Numbered from the stretch's first letter, positions 11,560 through 22,979 are shown. The stretch is DNA of 64,000 nt from an uncultured delta proteobacterium (GCA_963771175.1 CAVYSY010000026.1:626158-690157); one strand, 5' to 3'. Numbers and translations: made by a program. The notes: generated by a model not told the origin, from the letters alone.

Positions 11560-13346
11560 ATGCGAACTCACCGGAAGTGGTGGGGCGTGGCACTGGTGAT
11601 GCTGCTGGCGGCGTGGCCCGCGTGGGCGGCGCGGCCCTACCGCGGCGGCGCGGTGGCCACGGCCCACCCGATGGCGAGCGAGGCGGCGCTGCAGATGCTG
11701 CAGAAGGGCGGCAACGCGACGGACGCGGCGGTGGCGGCGGCCTTCACGCTGGCGGTGGTGGGGCCCTACCACTCGGGGCTGGGCGGCGGCGGCTTCGCGC
11801 TGGTGCACGACGCGAAGGAGGGCCAGACGCAGGTGCTGGACTTCCGCGAGGTGGCGCCCAAGGGGGCCACGCCGCGACATGTACGTGAAGGACGGGCCAG
11901 GTGGTGCCGGGGCTGTCCACGGACGGCGCGCTGAGCGTGGCGGTGCCCGGCGCGGTGGCCGGCTACCTGGAGCTGCTCGAGCGCACGGCAAGCTGCCGCG
12001 CCGCGGTGGTGCTCGCGCCCGCCATCGAGGCCGCGCGCAAGGGCTTCTGGGTGACGCCCAAGTACCAGCGATGGCCGACCCGGCGGCTCGAGTGCCTGCG
12101 GCAGGACGCCGAGGCCGCGCGCCTCTTCCTCGCGAAGAAGCGGACCAGGGCGAGCTGGACGTGCCGCCCGTGGGCCACCTGCGTGCGCCAGCCGGAGCTG
12201 GCGCGGCACGCTCGAGGCGCTCGCGAAGCGCGGGCGCCCAAGGCCTTCTACGCGGGCCCGCTCGCCAGGCGATGGTGGACACGGTGAAGGCGGGCGGCGG
12301 CCTGCTCACGCTGGAGGACCTGAAGGCCTACAAGACGCGCGCGCACGCCCCGCTGGAGGGGCAGCTACCGCGGCCACCGCATCCTCACCATGCCGCCGCC
12401 GAGCGCGGGCGGGCTCGCGGTGGTGCAGGTGCTGGGGACGCTGGAGCGGCTGCAGCCGGGGCTGGACTTCCGCGACCCGCGAGCAGCTGCACCTCTACGT
12501 CGAGGCGGTGCGGCGCGTGTACGTGGACCGGGTGAAGTACCTGGGCGACCCGGCCTTCGTGGAGATTCCGCTCGAGCGCCTCACGCTCGCGCCGGCTACA
12601 TCGCGGACCTGGCGCGCACCATCGACCCGAAGAAGGCCACCCCGAGCGCCAGCGCTGCTGCCCGCGCTGGAGGGCTCGCACCGGCTCCACGCTGAAGAAC
12701 CCCACGCCACCTGGACGACCCAGTCCGGCCCACAGCCGGAGCAGAAGAACACCACGCACATCTCCGTCATCGACACGGAGGGCAACGCGGTGGCCCTGAC
12801 CACCACGGTGAACTACGCCTTCGGCTCGTGCCTGGTGGCCAAGGGCACCGGCGTGCTGCTCAACGACGAGATGGACGACTTCGCCGCGCGATGCCCGGCG
12901 TGCCCAACGCCTACGGGCTGGTGACGGGCGAGGCCAACGCCATCGCCCCGGGCAAGGTGCCGCTGTCCTCCATGTCCCCCACGCTGGTGTTCTCCAAGGA
13001 GGACCCCAAGCGGGTGATGCTGGCGGTGGGCAGCCCCGGCGGCTCCACCATCCCCACCACCGTCATCCAGGTCATCTCCAACGTGCGTGGACTCGGGCAT
13101 GGACGTGACGCGCGCGGTGGGCGCAGGGCCGGCTGCACCACCAGTACCTGCCGGACGAGCTGTGGGTGGACCGCTGGGGCCTGGAGCCCGCCACGCAGGC
13201 GGCGCTGGAGGCGCAAGGGCCACAAGGTGTGCGCAAGCAGGAGGCCTGGGGCGACGCGGAGGCCGTGCTCAGCGACCCGAAGACGAACCTGCGCTACTCG
13301 GCGAGCGACCCGCGCAACGAGGGCGCGGGCCTGGGGCCAGGACTGA
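11560..13346 (+). CDS. ggt: Gamma-glutamyltransferase (many apparent frameshifts)
   Basis: Signal peptide; [64 protein letters not shown]. Confidence 0.92.
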
Positions 13347-13361
13347 GCAGCGAAGAGCCCC

Positions 13362-14152
13362 GTGCTGCCCGAGCCGCTCCGCCATCTCTTCGACGCGCAC
13401 CTGCACCCCGAGGCCCTGAGCGACCAGGACCTCGAGTCCATGCGCTTCTTCGGCGTGGAGCGCGCGCTGGTGGTGGCCCACCACTTCCCCGAGCCCACGC
13501 GCCAAGGCGCTGCGCCAGCACTTCGACGACCTGGTGGGCCGGCAGCTCCCGCGCCTGGAGCGGCTCGGCATCCGCGCCTGGGCGGCGCTGGGCGTGCACC
13601 CGCGCTGCATCCCCCGCCGCGGCCTGTCCGAGGTGCTCGCCAGCCTCCCGGACTACTTCCAGGGCGGGCGCGTGGTGGCGCTGGGCGAGACGGGTCTGCA
13701 CGACGGGCGGCGATCGAGGAGGAGGAGGCCTTCCTCGAGCAGCTCGCGCTCGCGCGTCAGCTCAAGCTGAAGGTGCTGGTGCACACCCCGGCGCAGGACA
13801 AGGAGCGCCACACCCGGCGCATCCTCACCCTGCTCCGCGAGTCTGGCGTGCTGCCCTCGCGCGTGCTGGTGGACCACGCCACCGGGCGCACGGTGCGCAA
13901 CATCCTCGGCTGCGGGCACTGGGCGGGGCTGACCCTGCACCCCGAGGCGCTGCGCGGCCGAGCGCGCTGTCGCCCTGGTGCGCCGGCTCGGGCAGCGAGC
14001 GGCTGGTGCTCAACTCGGATGCCGGCGATGGCGCCGGGGACATCCTCGGGCTCGCGCGCGTGGCCAACCTGCTGGCCAAGGCGAAGCTCTCGGAGCGAGT
14101 GGTGAAGCGCGTGGCTTATGAGAACGCCTCGCGCTTCTACCGGCCTCGCTGA
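13362..14152 (+). CDS. TatD-family metal-dependent hydrolase (apparent frameshifts)
   Basis: DAHLH, GVHP, ALGETG, VHTP, VDH, LNSD motifs. Confidence 0.8.
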
Positions 14153-14153
14153 C

Positions 14154-14426
14154 TCAGTGAAGCGCGCTGGACTCCGACTCGGGGTGCAGCGTCAGCCGCT
14201 GCGCCTCGGGGTCCAGCTTCGCCTGCACCGGGATGCCCCGGTGCCGGTAATGCGCCAGCGAGTCCGCCACCTCGTCCAGCAACAGCTGGTAGCGCTCGTC
14301 CAGCTCCACGGCAATCAACATCATCGTCTCGCCCGCGTCCTGGACGCCGGGACGGTACATCTGGCAGCGCTGGAACCGCGCCCAGCGACCATTCTCCATC
14401 TTCACCAGCTCGCCGTCATAAGCCAT
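14154..14426 (-). CDS. Small hypothetical protein
   Basis: Clean ORF MAYDGELVKMENGRWARF... with host-like codon bias and a purine-rich RBS. Confidence 0.7.
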   Translation of the reverse strand: MAYDGELVKMENGRWARFQRCQMYRPGVQDAGETMMLIAVELDERYQLLLDEVADSLAHYRHRGIPVQAKLDPEAQRLTLHPESESSALH

Positions 14427-14726
14427 GCGCAGTTCCCCCTTTCGACGGGAAGTCATGAACTGAATGGACGCACTTTAAGCACAAATTTTCCGCGCGTCAC
14501 CCCCCCGTTTGAAAATTCGTGAAAGTGCCCTGATATTGGTCGTTTACCAGATGCTCCCCCTCGGAGCGGCCCAACCCCCCAGCCGAGCCGGACCCACCGT
14601 GTAAATTTGCTGGGCTGTTAAGTTGTTGATTTTCGACCCCTTGCGTCGTCCGGCTGCGTCAACCCGCTCCGGGCGCGAGGGCATTCCGGTGGCACGGGGT
14701 CCGCTCCATCCCTTAGATTCATTGGG

Positions 14727-14960
14727 ATGAAGTTGACCGAGTTGTTCCGCCGCGATCGGACCATCATCAAGCGCGCGGACGCGCAGGACCAGGCCGAGAA
14801 GATTCTGGCCGAGTCCCTCCGCATGCTGAGCCAGGTGTGCTCGAAGGTCGCCGACCTCATCGAGACCCAACGCCTGGAGCGGGCCGGCTACGCGCAGAAG
14901 GATGCCTACCTGCGCCGGCTGGACAACCCGCCTGGCGGCCCGGAGCGGAAGAAGGAGTAG
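14727..14960 (+). CDS. Small helical hypothetical protein
   Basis: 77 aa ORF with host-like codon bias, divergent from the previous gene. Confidence 0.65.
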   Translation: MKLTELFRRDRTIIKRADAQDQAEKILAESLRMLSQVCSKVADLIETQRLERAGYAQKDAYLRRLDNPPGGPERKKE

Positions 14961-14964
14961 AGGC

Positions 14965-15094
14965 GAGCCCCTGGCTGCCCGAGGGGCTGCCGCCCGTGGT
15001 GGATGCGCACGTCCACCGCTTCCCGGACGGCGTCTTCGAGGCGGTGTGGCGCTGGCTCGACCCGGACGGCTGGCCAATCCGCGACAAGCGTTGA
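14965..15094 (+). pseudogene. Remnant N-terminus of an amidohydrolase-family gene
   Basis: LPPVVDAHVHRFPDGVFEAVWRW.. (DxHxH motif) then a stop; no start or continuation visible. Confidence 0.5.
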
Positions 15095-15192
15095 AAAGCG
15101 GGCACACCCCTTCCGGAACAGAGGGGCCATTCCCATCTTGCCCCGCATAGAATCTGCCGTCTCCGTTGTGACGACTCCTTTGAGGCCCCGCA

Positions 15193-15570
15193 ATGTCCTA
15201 CATCCTTGTCGTCGATGACGACGCGAGCCACCGCACGCTCATCTGCGATGCCCTGGAGGAGATGGGCTACCGCACGGAGCAGGCCGCCAATGGTCGTGAG
15301 GCCCTCGACATCCTCGAGGGAGAGATTCCGCAGGCGGTGCTGCTCGACCTGCGGATGCCGGTGATGAGTGGCTGGGGGCTGCTGGACGCACTCAAGAAGA
15401 TGCCGCGCGCGCGCGGGCTGCCGATCATCATCATCTCGGGCTACGGCTTCGAGTGGGAGGCCGAGCTCGTCGGAGCCGCCGGCTACATCTCCAAGCCGGT
15501 GGACCTGGACAAGGTGCGGATGACGGTGCAGCGCATCATCGGCCCCCCGGAGGTGGCCATGGTCCACTGA
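15193..15570 (+). CDS. Single-domain response regulator (CheY-like)
   Basis: ILVVDDD, LLDLRMPVMSG, IIISG, YISKPVD. Confidence 0.93.
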   Translation: MSYILVVDDDASHRTLICDALEEMGYRTEQAANGREALDILEGEIPQAVLLDLRMPVMSGWGLLDALKKMPRARGLPIIIISGYGFEWEAELVGAAGYISKPVDLDKVRMTVQRIIGPPEVAMVH

Positions 15571-15594
15571 GCCCCCGGGGGACGAGACCGCGGC

Positions 15595-16470
15595 TCAGGC
15601 GAAGACGACGGTCTTGTTCCCGTGCAGCAACACCCGGTCCTCCAGGTGCCAGTCCACCGCGCGCGCGAGCACGGTGCGTTCCACTCGGCGCCCGAGGCGG
15701 ACCAGATCCGCTACCGCATCCCTGTGCCCCACCCGATGGACGTCCTGGTCGATGATCGGCCCGGCGTCGAGCTCGGGCGTCACGTAGTGCGCCGTGGCGC
15801 CGATGAGCTTCACGCCCCGGGCATGCGCCTGGGCATAGGGGTTGGCCCCCACGAAGGCCGGCAGGAAGCTGTGGTGGATGTTGATGATGGGCCGGCCGAA
15901 GCCCGCGATGAAGTCCGGGCTGAGGATCTGCATGTAGCGGGCGAGGACGATGAGATCCACCTCGTGGGTCCGCATGAGCTCCAACGCGTTCGCCTCGGCC
16001 TGGGTCTTGGTGTCCGAGGTGACGGGGATGTGGTGCAGGGGGACGCCGAAGGGCGCCACCACCTCGCGCGCGTCCGGGTGGTTGCTCACCACCAGGGGGA
16101 TGTGGGCGGCCAGCTCGCCCTTCTTCCACAGCCACAGCAGCTCCTGCAGGCAGTGGTCCTGCTTGGAGACGAAGAGGGCCATGCGCTTGACGCGCGCGGC
16201 GGGGGTGAGCCGCCACTGCATCCCGAAGCGCTCGGCCACGGGCAGGAAGGCGCGCTCCAGCAGGGACAGGCGCTCCTGGAGCCCGGGAAGGTCGAACTCC
16301 AGCCGCATGAAGAAGCGCAGATCATCCGGCTCGGTGTGCTGATCCGAGGCCACCACGTTGGCGCCCTGCTCGAAGAGGAGCTGGGAGACGGCCGCCACCA
16401 CTCCGGGGCGATCCGCGCAGGTGATGAGGAGTCGAGCGCGATCCACGTTCGTCTGGGCTGAGGAATCCAT
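15595..16470 (-). CDS. purU: Formyltetrahydrofolate deformylase
   Basis: ACT domain [48 protein letters not shown]. Confidence 0.95.
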   Translation of the reverse strand: MDSSAQTNVDRARLLITCADRPGVVAAVSQLLFEQGANVVASDQHTEPDDLRFFMRLEFDLPGLQERLSLLERAFLPVAERFGMQWRLTPAARVKRMALFVSKQDHCLQELLWLWKKGELAAHIPLVVSNHPDAREVVAPFGVPLHHIPVTSDTKTQAEANALELMRTHEVDLIVLARYMQILSPDFIAGFGRPIINIHHSFLPAFVGANPYAQAHARGVKLIGATAHYVTPELDAGPIIDQDVHRVGHRDAVADLVRLGRRVERTVLARAVDWHLEDRVLLHGNKTVVFA

Positions 16471-16596
16471 GATGAGCTCCGAAGATGAGACCTGGGCGGA
16501 TCCTACGCCAGGGGAGCCAGAACCCGGAGGCAGGGCCTCGGGCAAAGGGGGGGGATTGCCGGACTCCAGGGGAGTCGGCTCTGATTCGGCCCGCGA

Positions 16597-17415
16597 ATGT
16601 CCCCCACCCCCACTGACCTGGCCGTCGATGCCCACGGGCTCGTGAAGCGCTTCGGCGACTTCACCGCGCTCAACGGGATGGAGCTCTCCATTCCCCGAGG
16701 CGCCTTCTATGCCTTCCTCGGCCCCAACGGGGCGGGCAAGTCCACCACCATCGCGCTGCTCACCGGAGTGTACGCGCCGGATGCCGGGCGCATCTCGTTG
16801 CTCGGGGTGGACGCGGTGGCGAAGCCGCTGGAGGTGAAGCGCCACATCGGCGTGGTGCCCGAGGAGCTGAGCCTCTTCGAGCGACTCTCCGGGCGGCAGT
16901 ACCTCACCTTCTGTGGGCGGATGTATGGGCTGTCCGGGGACGAGGCGGCGGCGCGGGCGGCGGAGCTGCTCGAGCTCACGGAGCTGACGTACAAGGCGGG
17001 CTCGCTGGTGGCCGAGTACTCCAAGGGCATGCGGCGGCGGCTGGCCATCGCGGCGGCGCTCATCCACGCGCCGGAGCTGGTGCTGCTGGACGAGCCCTTC
17101 GAGGGCATCGACGTGCTGGCGGCCGGTGTCATCCGCGAGCTGCTGCGCGAGCTGAGCCGGCGAGGGGTGACGCTGCTGCTCACCACGCACGTGCTGGAGA
17201 TCGCCGAGCGACTGGCCACGCACGCGGGCATCATCCGCGGCGGGAGGATGCTGGACCAGGGGACGGTGCAGCAGTTGATGGAGCGCTATGACGTGCCCTC
17301 GCTGGAGGCCGTCTTCGAGAAGCTCATCTCCGTGCCGGCCGCGCGCAACGCGAAGCTGTCCTTCTACGGGGACGCGCCGTCCGCCAACGTGGGAGCCGGC
17401 CGGGGGGCAGCATGA
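16597..17415 (+). CDS. ABC transporter ATP-binding protein
   Basis: [25 protein letters not shown]. Confidence 0.95.
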   Translation: MSPTPTDLAVDAHGLVKRFGDFTALNGMELSIPRGAFYAFLGPNGAGKSTTIALLTGVYAPDAGRISLLGVDAVAKPLEVKRHIGVVPEELSLFERLSGRQYLTFCGRMYGLSGDEAAARAAELLELTELTYKAGSLVAEYSKGMRRRLAIAAALIHAPELVLLDEPFEGIDVLAAGVIRELLRELSRRGVTLLLTTHVLEIAERLATHAGIIRGGRMLDQGTVQQLMERYDVPSLEAVFEKLISVPAARNAKLSFYGDAPSANVGAGRGAA

Positions 17416-19068
17416 GCCGGCCGGCCGCGCCGGGCTTCTTCCGGCACCTGTGGCTGTTGTGGGGCCTGCGGTTGAACATCGGGCTCAACCGGGGGCCGGG
17501 GAAGAGCCGGCTGTTGTCGGTGGGCGCCTTCCTCCTGTCGAGCGCGCCCGCCTGGGGCCTGGGCGTGACGTTCTACGGGTTGATGCGCCTGCGGCCCATC
17601 GCCGAGAGCGGCGTATGGCCGTTCTTCATCCTCAACCTGCTGTGCTTCGTCACCGCGGCGGTGTGGGTGACATGGCCGCTGATGAGCGCGGGCGTGGATG
17701 ACCACTCGGAGCTGAGCCGCTACGCGCCCTTCCCCATCTCGCCCTTCCGGCTGCTCATCGCCTCCACGGTGGCGAGCCTCTTCGAGCCGCGCGCACTCGT
17801 CTTCTACGCACCGCTGACGGGAGCGGCGCTCGGCTATGCCTCGGTGCACCCGGTGCGGGTGCAGTGGTTCGCGGTGCTGCTGTACTGCCTCTTCGCGCTG
17901 TTGAACGCGGCCTGGAGCCGGGTGGGCCTGCACCTGGTGCTCAACGTGCTGCGCGAGAAGCACAGCGCGGAGATCATCGGCGGCGGCTTCGTGCTGTTCC
18001 TGGTGGCCGCGTCCTTCATCCCGCCCATCGACACCTCGTGGCTCACCGCCGTGGGCGAGGGAGGCGTGGAGAAGCTGGACATGACCGTCATCGTCAACGC
18101 GACGCTGGCGCTCGGGCGGGTGCCCCCGGGCTTCTTCGGGGACGCGCTGCTGGAGCTCACCTACGGGTACCGGCGCAATGCCCTGGCCGATGGCGTGGGG
18201 ATGCTCTTCTTCACGCTGCTGGGGTTCGGGCTCGCCTATGCACTGCTGCTGCGCTTCCACCGCAGCGTGGGCCGGGCCGGGCCGTCGGTGAAGGAGTCCG
18301 GGGACAACGACCCCTTCGCCCGGACGCGCGACCGGTACACCACGCTGGTGGTGCGCGAGGCGCTCGACCTGTGGCGCAACCCACGCGCGCGGCTGCTGGC
18401 CTCCGTGCCCTTCGTGCTCGCCATCCTGATGAAGCTGATGTCGGGGCGGGCGCTCTTCGAATACCTGCTGGGCGCGAGCGTGGACGCGTGGCTGATGGGT
18501 GGCCTGTGCACCTATGGCGCGGTGGTGATGGCCTCCACGTTCTCGCAGAACACGTTCGCCTATGACGGGCACGGGCTGGCCATGCTCATCGCCGCCCCCG
18601 TGGAACTGGGAGACGTGCTGCGGGCGAAGAACACACGTGCAGGGCCTGGCGGCGGCTGGGATGGCGCTGCTGGTGGGAGTCTTCTACCGGGTGTACTTCG
18701 GCAAGGGCTCGCTGCTGGACTTCCTGTGCGCCATGGCGGCCGTGGCGGCCGTCATCCCCGTGCTGCTCGCGGCGGGCAACTTCCTGTCCCTGTACTTCCC
18801 GGTGAAGTTCCACGCGAGCCTCAAGCGCCGGGACAAGCTGCCGCTCACCGCGTCCATGCTCGGCATCGTCGCCGCGAGCGTGGGGTGTGCCCCGTTCGCG
18901 TGGGCCCTGCGGTTCGCCGGGAACAGCGGGCCCGAGTGGCAGACGCTGGCGATGATTGCCTTGTGCGCCGCGGTGAATGTCGTGCTGTACCGCGCGCTGC
19001 TACCCCTGTCCCTGCGGCTGCTCGACCAACGGAGGGAGATCGTCCTACGCGCGGTGACGCGGGAGTAA
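17412..19068 (+). CDS. ABC-2-type multi-pass permease (one apparent frameshift near 18635)
   Basis: Many hydrophobic helices; overlaps the ATPase stop; continues in ORF 18562-19068. Confidence 0.8.
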
Positions 19069-19099
19069 TCGGCCGCTGCGGTATCTTGGGGAATAGCTC

Positions 19100-19609
19100 A
19101 TGCGCATGAACTCCAGGATGCATGCACTGCTCAATGACGAGCGGGTACGCGCGCTCTCCGTCGAACGGCCACTCCCCGCGAGGATTCAGAGCATCATCGA
19201 CCAAGGAGCCCACTGTCGCGATGGCATGTGGTTGCTTCGTGCGATGGACACCGGCGAGACGAACGTCACGCCCTCCTCGTTCCCCGATGCCGTGGGTTAC
19301 GAATGCTTCATCAACCACTTCCACATCAATGACCAGCTCGATGATGGCGAAGAAAGCGCCCCTGCCGAGGAGCAGCTCGCCTACGGCCTCCGGTTCATCC
19401 TGGACATCCAGAAGCGCCTCCCAAGAGAGCCACGCTTCACCCTCATCCTGAGCTGCAATGAGGATGATTGCAGTGTGCGCGCTCACACGCACCGGGAGGG
19501 ACAGCGCTGGATCGCGGACGATCTGGAGGCCTATCGAGACGACGCGGTACTCGTCATCAACAACCTCGATCCAATGCTCGCCTCGACGCTACTCGGATTG
19601 CCGACGTAG
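19100..19609 (+). CDS. Hypothetical protein, atypical composition
   Basis: 169 aa ORF, visibly lower GC than flanks; no recognised motif. Confidence 0.6.
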   Translation: MRMNSRMHALLNDERVRALSVERPLPARIQSIIDQGAHCRDGMWLLRAMDTGETNVTPSSFPDAVGYECFINHFHINDQLDDGEESAPAEEQLAYGLRFILDIQKRLPREPRFTLILSCNEDDCSVRAHTHREGQRWIADDLEAYRDDAVLVINNLDPMLASTLLGLPT

Positions 19610-19717
19610 GCACCCAGGAGCAAGCTCCACCCCTCCGACCTCCCACAGCTCCTGCGTATCCGGATTGACGGGGGATATGACTTCTGCCGTAAGGTGGGCC
19701 TCTCTACGGGAGGAGTC

Positions 19718-20585
19718 ATGCGAACACCCACCGCCGTCCGAACCTCCGTCATCATGCTCCTGCTGCTGTCCGGAGCCGCTCGGGCCCAGGTTCCCGCCTC
19801 CGAGCTGACGCGCACCCTCACCGTCCCGGGTCCGCCAGAGGGTGACACCCCAGCCGCGTCCATCTACGTCCGCAAGCAGATGGTGACGACGCTCCAATTC
19901 GAGCTGCCCCTCCGTGCCGTCACCCTCTCCGGGCCCGGAGCCGAACACGTCACCCTGCAACGGCTCGGCGTGGATGCCGTGGTCGTGCGCCCCGAGAAGC
20001 AACTCCCCACCTGGCAGAAGCCCACGCTGGACGGTCGTGGCGGAGGATGGCGCGAAGCACGTCTTCACGCTCGTCACGGACGCGGACGAACTGGACGTCC
20101 AGGTGCGCGTCCAGCGCGGTCAGTGCCTCACCTCGGACCCGGAGAATCTCGATGCGCTCGCTGCGGAGCTGCTGCTCCGCGAGCCCGTGCGCACCATCCG
20201 GCAGCTCTCGTTCCGGCAGGACAATAGGGTCGCCAGAGTCTGGAGGGGTCACGCTTCAGGTCTGGGGCACCCTCGCGCTCTCACGACTCGCGGTCGTGTC
20301 CTTGCGCATCGAATCGACCGACGAGCCCTTCACCTTCGACGCATGCCCGTTTCGACAGTCCCGTCGGACGTATCAAGGTGCTCGGCACCCGTCTGGATGC
20401 CGAGGGGAACATCTCCATCGTCGTGAGGCGCCCCGAGGATCGAAGCCGACGGAATCGCCTACTCGCTCGAGGTGAGCGAACGACACGGGCCTCGGAAGCT
20501 CGTCGCGAACGTCATCCCCTGGCCCGCCCTGCCGGACTCAACGCCGCGCCAGCCACTGGGCGACGGAAGGTCATCCCGAAGCTGA
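19718..20585 (+). CDS. DUF2381-like exported protein (several apparent frameshifts)
   Basis: GGAGGAG RBS; signal peptide; IYVRKQMVTTLQFE, VFTLVT..DVQVRV and C-terminal YSLEVSERHGPRKL resemble myxobacterial DUF2381 proteins. Confidence 0.55.
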
Positions 20586-21771
20586 TCCAGATGGTCGAGT
20601 TCGCGATGGGGAACTCTCCAGGCCGGAGTTCCTTCAACGCCGCTAGCGTTCCCGGCTCGTCGTTGCCGACATTCACTCCCGGGTGGGAGCCGGGGCCCCA
20701 TCGGTCCAGTCCGGGCTCCTTGCCCCAAACGTCATAACCAATGGCGCAGATGGGAAGCTCACGGCCATCCGCCAACTCCAGCCGCTCGAACTGGACGGAC
20801 ATCCGGTGGCCGTAGCTCTTCGCCCGCCCGAAGAGCTTCGCCCCCTTCATGCGGCGCCCCAGTTCCGAGCGGGGAAAGTCCGGCCCCAGGTGCAGGCCCT
20901 CCCAGCGCGCCACCACCGGGCCCTCATTGATGAAGAGCGGCGTCTCCTGCCGACGGGTGTCGTCGAGCTCCAGTCCCACGTCGTACGGCTCACCCGTGCC
21001 CAGTCCCAGCGCCTCGATGGCTACCCGCGACTCCTTCGGGCAGTCCTCCAGCCACTCGGTGTCCACCTGACGCACCTGCACCGCCGCGCACGCGCTCGCC
21101 GACAGACCGATGCACAGCGTCAGCACCTTCATGTTCACGCTCACCTCCGCCGTCTCCGGCGGCTTGCTGCTCCTGGGCAACACGGGCTTGCTTCCTTTCT
21201 TCACGTCTCGGGGTCCGTAGAGATCGATCTCCGGTTCCTTGAAGTACTCGCTCTTGAACTTCGGCAGGAGTTCCAGGAACAGCTTGGGATTGTCCGCGAT
21301 GACCTGCGCCGTCCCCTCGTACATTTGGGACTCCGCGAAGAGTTCCAGGTAGAGGTCCAGGATGCCCGGACGGCACAACCCGCGGGGTAGCTCCTCGTCC
21401 AGCAGCTTCATCCCTCCTGGCAGGGGTCGCGCACTGTCCGTCCACGGCCCCACGAGCGCCAGCCTCGGCCGCCAGACGATATAGCCCTCCTTCCCAAGGT
21501 CCTCGTCCCATCCCAGATCGCCCGGATCCTCGCGCCACGGTAGCGCGCCCGGGCCCTCGTCCGTGACGGGCTCCTGGGTGCCAGCCGCCAACTCCTCGCC
21601 CCAGGCGTCATCCGGAGCCCGCGCTGCTTCTCCCGGTTGTGCTCGCGGCCCGTCCAGCGGGCCCGCCTCCCGAGCCGGGCAGCCCCACTTCCACAGGCCC
21701 AAGCCCATCATGCTCGCGAACACGAGCACCCCGACCAGCAGCCGGACCCACTTCCGGTCTCGTCCATCCAT
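20512..21771 (-). CDS. Membrane-anchored protein with an internal lipobox-like segment and a C-terminal domain carrying a VirB10/TrbI-like motif
   Basis: N-terminal TM helix, Pro/acidic linker, MKVLTLCIGLSASAC, then GAKLFGRAKSYGHRMSVQFERLELADGRELPIC. Confidence 0.55.
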   Translation of the reverse strand: MDGRDRKWVRLLVGVLVFASMMGLGLWKWGCPAREAGPLDGPRAQPGEAARAPDDAWGEELAAGTQEPVTDEGPGALPWREDPGDLGWDEDLGKEGYIVWRPRLALVGPWTDSARPLPGGMKLLDEELPRGLCRPGILDLYLELFAESQMYEGTAQVIADNPKLFLELLPKFKSEYFKEPEIDLYGPRDVKKGSKPVLPRSSKPPETAEVSVNMKVLTLCIGLSASACAAVQVRQVDTEWLEDCPKESRVAIEALGLGTGEPYDVGLELDDTRRQETPLFINEGPVVARWEGLHLGPDFPRSELGRRMKGAKLFGRAKSYGHRMSVQFERLELADGRELPICAIGYDVWGKEPGLDRWGPGSHPGVNVGNDEPGTLAALKELRPGEFPIANSTIWISFGMTFRRPVAGAALSPAGRARG

Positions 21772-21916
21772 CGCTCCAGGCCATCCTTCCGGGCAACCCT
21801 CCTCCAGAGGTTCCCTCGCGGAGCATAACCCACTTCGGCGGTTCCCTGTCGACACCTGCCCTCGGATGTCACCCCGCCTCAAGGCCACGCCGTCCCCTCC
21901 GTGATAGAAAACCGCC

Positions 21917-22702
21917 ATGCCCATCGCCGAGCTCAACCACCAAGGCATCTATTTCGAGGACTCGGGCGGCTCCGGTCCCACCGTCATCCTCGGTCACGGC
22001 TTCCTCATGGACGGCCGCATGTTCGACTCGCAGGTGCAGGCGCTCGCCCCCGAGTTCCGTGTCATCCGCTGGGACGCTCGTGGCTTCGGTCGCACCCGCT
22101 GGGATGGCAAGCCCTTCGACCTCTACGACTCGGCCGCCGATTGCATCGCCCTGCTCGACCACCTCGGCATCCAGCAGGCCGTCGTCGGCGGCATGTCCCA
22201 GGGCGGCTACTGCGCCCTCCGCGTCGCCCTGCGCTACCCCGAGCGCGTCCGCGCTCTCGTCCTCATGAGCACCCGAGGCACTGTCGACGAGGAGGAGATC
22301 CGCGCCGGCTACCGCCAGGTCCGCGACCTCTGGGGCACCCCGGGCGCCACCGAGCACATCATCCAGAACCTCTCGGGCGGCATCATCGGGGACCCGCGCT
22401 TCTACTCACCCTGGCTCGACCGCTGGCGGCAGATGCCCAAGGACCACTTCGTCGCCGCCATGAACAACCTCATCGAGCGCGACGACATCCAGCACCGGCT
22501 CGGGGAGATCCGCTGCCCGGCCATCGTGTTCCATGGGACGGATGACACCGGCATTCCTCCCTCCGAGGGCGAGCGCCTCCACAAGACGCTCCCCGGCAGC
22601 ACGCGATTCGTCCCCGTGCCCGGCGCCGCGCATGCGGCCAACCTGACGCATCCCGACGTCGTCAACCCGCCGCTCGTCGAGTTCCTGCGCGCTCACGCGT
22701 AG
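21917..22702 (+). CDS. Alpha/beta fold hydrolase
   Basis: GHGF, WDARGFG, GMSQGG nucleophile elbow, HGTDD, AAH. Confidence 0.92.
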   Translation: MPIAELNHQGIYFEDSGGSGPTVILGHGFLMDGRMFDSQVQALAPEFRVIRWDARGFGRTRWDGKPFDLYDSAADCIALLDHLGIQQAVVGGMSQGGYCALRVALRYPERVRALVLMSTRGTVDEEEIRAGYRQVRDLWGTPGATEHIIQNLSGGIIGDPRFYSPWLDRWRQMPKDHFVAAMNNLIERDDIQHRLGEIRCPAIVFHGTDDTGIPPSEGERLHKTLPGSTRFVPVPGAAHAANLTHPDVVNPPLVEFLRAHA

Positions 22703-22787
22703 CCGTAGCTGTTCTTCGTCCAGCGCCCTCAACAGCTTGATGGTCGCGGGCGGCGACCACCGGGAGTTGTCAGCCCCAGGCAACAGG

Positions 22788-22951
22788 CACCCATTCCCGC
22801 GAATGGTGCCGGTGCCGTCGTGGTGGGCGTGAAGGGGGCGCCCGCGCAGCTCGGCTGCCCCTGTACCCTCAAGCTATGGGAGGCAGGCGGGCCGCGCACC
22901 GTCACCCTCGGGAACGTCACCTTCCCGGTGAGCCAGAAGGCGGCGCCCTGA
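22788..22951 (+). pseudogene. C-terminal remnant of a DUF2381-like gene (copy 1)
   Basis: PIPANGAGAVVVGVKGAPAQLGCPCTLKLWEAGGPRTVTLGNVTFP; no 5' part. Confidence 0.55.
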
Positions 22952-22979
22952 GCACGGCCACCGCGAGCAGTGCCGAGCC

